NCBI GenBank assembly: GCA_963729895.1
Contig: CAVSQB010000011.1
Span: 64,001-128,000, forward strand
Source: an uncultured Fibrobacterota bacterium
GTDB lineage: Bacteria > Fibrobacterota > Chitinivibrionia > Chitinivibrionales > FEN-1185
Length of the DNA: 64,000 nucleotides
Reading direction: 5' to 3'
Shown: piece after piece, positions 59,138-64,000 of the stretch
Layout of the letters: each line of letters begins with the position of its first letter
Position numbering within the stretch: position 1 is the stretch's first letter
Translations under genes and position numbers: made by a program
The notes under the pieces: model-generated
The model's database searches: none
What the model was told of the DNA's origin: nothing
What the model saw: the letters and a program-made list of their open reading frames with translations, nothing else

Positions 59138-62100
59138 ATGGCGGTTTTGAGTCCCGAAGAATACAGGAAGTACATCCAGGACAATCTCGACCGGATGCTC
59201 GAGGTGTTTGCCCATATTTCCATGGGCGAATTTTCGAAGCGCATCGATATTTCGGGCCTTCCGCCGGGCGACGATTTCACCACGGTCCTCTGCGGCCTCG
59301 ACATGATGATGGACGATCTTGCCGAAGCGCAGGGCGAATTGAAACGCGTGAAAACGCAGCTGGAGGAGCAGGTCTCGGAGCGGACATCCCAGCTTTCTTC
59401 GGCAAACGAGCGACTCAACCACGAAATAGAGGAACGGAAGAAGATAGAGGAAGTCCTCCGCGAGAGCCTGCAACAGTACCGGCTTCTTGCGGAATCGGCC
59501 AGCGATTTCATTTACATCTTCGACAGGGACATGCGGATCACCTATGCCAACAAGGCGTCGCTGGAATTCCTCAAGGTAACCAAACAGGAAATTTTTGGAA
59601 AGCATGTACGGAATTTTGTGCCTTTTTCCCGGATAGGCCTGGACAACGTGAACCTTTTTGACGCGGTCGAGTCCGGAGTCCCGCTCACCTACCAGAACCA
59701 GGTCGTTTTTCACCAGGGCGCCCTGTGGCTCGACACGGTCCTGGTCCCGATCCGCGGCCCGGACAATCGAATAACTTCTCTGATGGGAATTTCGCGCGAC
59801 ATAACGGAACAAAAGAAGGCCAGTGATGTTCTGGTTGAACGCGAAAAATTTCTGTCCGATGTTTTTGCGAGCATCCAGGACGGCATCAGCGTTCTCGACA
59901 GCGACCTGCGGATCGTGCGCGTAAACGCGAAGATGGAAGAATGGTATCAGCATGCGCTGCCCATGGCCGGCAAAAAGTGCTACGAGGTGTACCACGGCCG
60001 GTCGGAGCCGTGCCGCGCCTGTCCCAGCACGGTGGCGATTCGCACAAAGAAAGCTGCCTACGAAGTTGTTCCCCTGCACGGCAAAGACGGGGCCGTGCGC
60101 GGATGGCAGGACCTGTACGCGTTTCCGGTGTTCGACAAGGCCACCGGGGAGGTAAAGGGGGTCATCGAACACGTGCGGGACATTTCAGAACGAAGAATGG
60201 CCGAAGAAAAAGTGCGCCAGAGCGAAACCAAATTTCGCACCCTTGCGGAGACCGCCGGCGCAGGCATTTTTATCGTGAAGGACTTCAAATTCTGTTATGT
60301 CAATTCATTTATCGAGAGAGAACTCGGCTACGCCAAGGACGAACTGTATACCATGAACTTCTGGGAAATCGTGCACCCGGATTTCCGGACAATCGTGCAG
60401 GACCGGTACAAGGCCCGAATGAGGGGCGAACCGGTGACCGGCGAGTACGAATTCAAATATGTCAAGAAAAACGGCGAAACCGGCTGGGTGACGCATAACG
60501 TGGGTCTTATAGAGTTCGAGGGAAGCCCCGCCGTTATCGGGACCCTGTTTAGAACCACGGAACGCAGGAAAATGGAGGAGTCGCTGGCCCGGGAGAAGGA
60601 ACTTTTGTCGGTCACCATGCAAAGCATCGGCGACGGCGTTATCTCCGTTGACGCGGCAGGCAACATCCTGACGATAAACAGGAATGCCATTGCGCTTGCC
60701 CGCAGGCATGCGGCCGACCCGGTGGGGAAGCCTTTCGATGAGGTGATTTGTTTTCTGGACGATCAGGCCGCGGTGCCGCCCCCGGGACGCGGCGCCGGGA
60801 CGCCCGATGCGCGGGGGAGGCGCCAGGACGAGCGGCGGGTTTCGGTCCGGACCGCCCAGGGGGACGTGAAGCTCGTGGACCTGAGCGTTTCGCCCATCGC
60901 CGCCGGTACGGGAGCGGCCGCGGGCTTGGTGTTTGTGTTCAGGGACGTTACCGAAAAGCAAAAGCTGGAAACCGAGCTTTACAAGGCAAGAAAACTGGAG
61001 TCGTTGGGCGTGCTGGCAGGCGGCATCGCGCACGACTTCAACAACATTCTCACCGGCGTGATTACCAACCTCTTTATGGCCAAGGTAAAGGCAAAGGCCG
61101 ACGCGGATGCGTACCAGCTCCTTGCCGAAGCGGAAAAGGCCTGCTTCAAAGCAAGCAAACTGGTGAAACAATTGTTGACGTTTTCAAAAGGCGGCGCCCC
61201 TGTAAAGGAAGCGGTCTTCCTGAAGGAGATGATAGAGGACGCGATCGGTTTCTGCTTGTCGGGGTCTAATGTTAATTACAAACTGCAGGTGGCGGACGAC
61301 CTGCCGCCGGTGGAGGCGGACAAGGGGCAAATAGACCAGGTACTCAACAACCTTATCATCAACGCTGACCAGGCAATGCCGCACGGAGGGACCGTGGTGG
61401 TGGCCGCGCAGGCCGCGACGGTTGACTCAGGGAAAACTCCTCCCGAGGCGCTTATCCCGGGACTTCACGATGGAAACTACGTGAAGGTTTCGGTGTCCGA
61501 CGAAGGCGTGGGGATATCCAGGGAAAATCTCGAAAAGATCTTTGATCCGTATTTTACCACGAAACCCGGCGGCAACGGGCTGGGGCTCACCATTGTTTAT
61601 TCCATTGTGAAAAGTCACCGGGGCGCGGTGACCGTTGATTCCCAAACCGGAAGAGGCACGGTGTTTTCGTTCTATCTTCCGGTCGCAAAAACGCCGGCCA
61701 AACAGGAAACAAACACCGGTCCGGCCTCCACGGTTGTACGGCCGTTAAAGGTGCTGGTGATGGACGACGACGGCGCAGTGAGGACCGTGATAAGCCAGCT
61801 TCTCAAGAACTCGGGATATTCCGTTTCGTGCACGGCGTCAGGGGAAGATACCATACGCTCCTACGGCGCAGCGCGAGACGCCGGGACCCCGTTTGACGTC
61901 GTGGTGATGGACCTCACGATTCCGGGAGGCATGGGCGGCAAGGATGCCGTGAAGGAGCTGCTTGCCATGGACCCCAAGGCACGGGTTGTGGTTTCCAGCG
62001 GGTATTCCAGCGACCCGATCATGGCGAATTTCCGTGACTACGGGTTTTGCGGGGCAATTGCAAAGCCGTTCAACATCGATGAATTTCTGGGGGTCTTACG

Positions 62101-62146
62101 AAACGCATCGGAGCTTGACGGACAGGATGATTCGACCGTCACGTGA
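59138..62146 (+). CDS. cytoplasmic multi-PAS hybrid histidine kinase
   Basis: N-terminal HAMP-like segment, PAS domains, 'AHDFNNIL', 'NADQAM', 'GNGLGL', C-terminal receiver. Confidence 0.92.
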   Translation: MAVLSPEEYRKYIQDNLDRMLEVFAHISMGEFSKRIDISGLPPGDDFTTVLCGLDMMMDDLAEAQGELKRVKTQLEEQVSERTSQLSSANERLNHEIEERKKIEEVLRESLQQYRLLAESASDFIYIFDRDMRITYANKASLEFLKVTKQEIFGKHVRNFVPFSRIGLDNVNLFDAVESGVPLTYQNQVVFHQGALWLDTVLVPIRGPDNRITSLMGISRDITEQKKASDVLVEREKFLSDVFASIQDGISVLDSDLRIVRVNAKMEEWYQHALPMAGKKCYEVYHGRSEPCRACPSTVAIRTKKAAYEVVPLHGKDGAVRGWQDLYAFPVFDKATGEVKGVIEHVRDISERRMAEEKVRQSETKFRTLAETAGAGIFIVKDFKFCYVNSFIERELGYAKDELYTMNFWEIVHPDFRTIVQDRYKARMRGEPVTGEYEFKYVKKNGETGWVTHNVGLIEFEGSPAVIGTLFRTTERRKMEESLAREKELLSVTMQSIGDGVISVDAAGNILTINRNAIALARRHAADPVGKPFDEVICFLDDQAAVPPPGRGAGTPDARGRRQDERRVSVRTAQGDVKLVDLSVSPIAAGTGAAAGLVFVFRDVTEKQKLETELYKARKLESLGVLAGGIAHDFNNILTGVITNLFMAKVKAKADADAYQLLAEAEKACFKASKLVKQLLTFSKGGAPVKEAVFLKEMIEDAIGFCLSGSNVNYKLQVADDLPPVEADKGQIDQVLNNLIINADQAMPHGGTVVVAAQAATVDSGKTPPEALIPGLHDGNYVKVSVSDEGVGISRENLEKIFDPYFTTKPGGNGLGLTIVYSIVKSHRGAVTVDSQTGRGTVFSFYLPVAKTPAKQETNTGPASTVVRPLKVLVMDDDGAVRTVISQLLKNSGYSVSCTASGEDTIRSYGAARDAGTPFDVVVMDLTIPGGMGGKDAVKELLAMDPKARVVVSSGYSSDPIMANFRDYGFCGAIAKPFNIDEFLGVLRNASELDGQDDSTVT

Positions 62147-62164
62147 GGGAAGGAGACGGTTAGC

Positions 62165-64000
62165 GTGAACAGTGCAAAGAAGGCCATCTGGGTGGCGGTG
62201 TCGTTTGTTGCGGCGCTCTCGTTCGGCATTGTTGCAGGCGTCGTCAATCCCGGCGAAAAAGTGAATGCGCTGTGGGTGGTTACGGCGGCCGCGTGCTTTT
62301 TTGCGATAAGCTACCGGTTCTACTCGAGTTTTATTGCCGCGAAGGTGCTCTCGCTTGACGAACGGCGGATAACGCCGGCAGTGCGTTTGAATGACGGGCT
62401 CGATTACGATCCCACAAACAGGTGGGTCCTTTTCGGACACCATTTTGCCGCCATAGCCGGCGCGGGCCCCCTTATCGGGCCGATGCTGGCAGCGCAATTC
62501 GGGTTCCTGCCGGGGTTCCTGTGGATTCTTATCGGCTCCGCGGTTGCGGGCGGGGTTCACGACCTGGTGCTGCTCACCGTTTCGGTACGGAGAGACGGAC
62601 AGTCGCTGGCGCAGATCGCCAAGGACGAGGTGGGCCCGGTTGGAGGGTTTGCGGCGTCGGTGGCGATTCTTTTTATCATCATCGTCGCGCTCGCCGGTCT
62701 CGGACTCGCAGTTATCAACGCGCTCAAGCAGAACCCGTGGGGAACGTTTACCATAGGACTCACGATACCCATTGCCCTTCTGATGGGAGTGTATCTGCGG
62801 TTCTTGAGGCCGGGGAAAGTGGGCGAGGTGAGCGTTGTCGGCGTGATCCTGCTCGTGCTGGCGGTGGTGGTGGGCGGAAGAGTGCCGCACTGGCCGATTG
62901 CGCACTTTTTTATGCTCACCGACAAGCAACTGGTCGTCGCGCTTGTCGCGTACGGGTTTGTCGCGTCGGTCCTCCCGGTGTGGACGCTTCTGGTCCCCCG
63001 TGACTATTTGTCAACATACATGAAGATGGGCACCATCGGCCTGCTCGCGCTGGGAGTTATCTTCATGGCCCCCGTTCTGCAGATGCCCGCGGTGACGAAA
63101 TTCGTTCACGGCGGGGGGCCCGTTATTCCCGGCAAGGTTTTCCCCTTCATGTTTATCACCATCGCGTGCGGCGCCATTTCCGGTTTCCATGCGCTTATTG
63201 CCTCGGGAACCACTCCCAAAATGATCATGTCCGAAAAAGACCTCCGCTTCATCGGATACGGTGCCATGGTTGTGGAAGGTTTTGTCTCGATAATGGCGCT
63301 GGTGGCCGCCACCATTCTCATTCCGGGCGACTACTTTGCAATCAATACCAAGCTTCCCTTTGACCAGATTGCGGCCCTTGGGTTCCCGGTTGACCAGATA
63401 AGAAACCTTTCGGCCATGGTCGGGTTGAATGTTGTGGGCAGGCCGGGCGGCGCCGTGTCGCTTGCCGTAGGCATGACCACCATCCTCTCGCACATTCCGG
63501 GTATGCGCGGCATCATGCCGTACTGGTTCACTTTTGCTCTTATGTTCGAAGCGCTTTTCATCCTGACAACAGTCGACGCGGGCACACGCGTTGCGCGATT
63601 CCTGCTTCAAGAACTGGGCGGACATCTGTACAAGCCGCTCGCGCGGTTGCGCTGGGCGCCGGGGATGCTCGGCACGAGCGCGCTTGTGGTTGCGGCGTGG
63701 GGTTATCTTATTTATCAAGGTAGCATTTCCACCATCTGGCCTATGTTCGGGGTGTCGAATCAGCTTCTTGCGGCAATTGCGCTGGGCGTTGGAACAACGG
63801 TAATCATCAAGTACCATAAGGTAAAGTATATGTGGGTCACGGTTGTGCCCATGGTGTTCATGTTCGTGACCACACTCACCGCAGCGTGGCAGCTCTTCTT
63901 TATGTTCCGGCAGAAGGCCATGATTGCCGCTCTCGCGGCCGACAAGTTTAACTTCAACCTCGACGCGGGCCTCGTGGCTGCCATGGCCGCTCTTGCCGTC
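62165..64000 (+). CDS. cstA: carbon starvation protein A, 3'-truncated by window edge
   Basis: Not in the ORF track; GTG start after GGAG; 'TPAVRLNDGLDY', 'FGHHFAAIAGAGPLIGP', 'IACGAISGFH'. Confidence 0.93.
   Translation, partial: MNSAKKAIWVAVSFVAALSFGIVAGVVNPGEKVNALWVVTAAACFFAISYRFYSSFIAAKVLSLDERRITPAVRLNDGLDYDPTNRWVLFGHHFAAIAGAGPLIGPMLAAQFGFLPGFLWILIGSAVAGGVHDLVLLTVSVRRDGQSLAQIAKDEVGPVGGFAASVAILFIIIVALAGLGLAVINALKQNPWGTFTIGLTIPIALLMGVYLRFLRPGKVGEVSVVGVILLVLAVVVGGRVPHWPIAHFFMLTDKQLVVALVAYGFVASVLPVWTLLVPRDYLSTYMKMGTIGLLALGVIFMAPVLQMPAVTKFVHGGGPVIPGKVFPFMFITIACGAISGFHALIASGTTPKMIMSEKDLRFIGYGAMVVEGFVSIMALVAATILIPGDYFAINTKLPFDQIAALGFPVDQIRNLSAMVGLNVVGRPGGAVSLAVGMTTILSHIPGMRGIMPYWFTFALMFEALFILTTVDAGTRVARFLLQELGGHLYKPLARLRWAPGMLGTSALVVAAWGYLIYQGSISTIWPMFGVSNQLLAAIALGVGTTVIIKYHKVKYMWVTVVPMVFMFVTTLTAAWQLFFMFRQKAMIAALAADKFNFNLDAGLVAAMAALAV

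Overview
GC-rich bacterial chromosomal segment. A TIGR02147-family gene, DUF2341/LamG and FGE-sulfatase lipoproteins and T9SS-CTD-like domains suggest Fibrobacterota, probably Chitinivibrionia-like (inference). Housekeeping content: ABC transporter, aroF, purD-purE-tsaC, folE, larE, ptsI, cstA, an extended kdp operon, two multi-PAS hybrid kinases, a MazF-type toxin-antitoxin pair, tRNA-Leu(CAA) and tRNA-Ser(GCT). Between the two convergent tRNAs is a ~9.3 kb accessory block: a frameshifted GH64-like glucanase, an FN3-Ig-FGE lipoprotein, a type IV pilin, a beta-propeller protein, a Ser/Thr kinase and a degenerate GGDEF protein. Best leads: (1) an intact glycogen phosphorylase homologue that keeps its PLP lysine but has lost many sugar-binding motifs, directly upstream of PTS Enzyme I; (2) a possible remote DGR target; (3) a CTD-like domain nested inside a split beta-sandwich; (4) a non-RD kinase coupled to a putative c-di-GMP receptor; (5) several families of small palindromic repeats, including nested and IS200/IS605-end-like ones. 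I saw no CRISPR array, integrase, transposase or reverse transcriptase. All calls come from motif recognition by eye; no searches were run.
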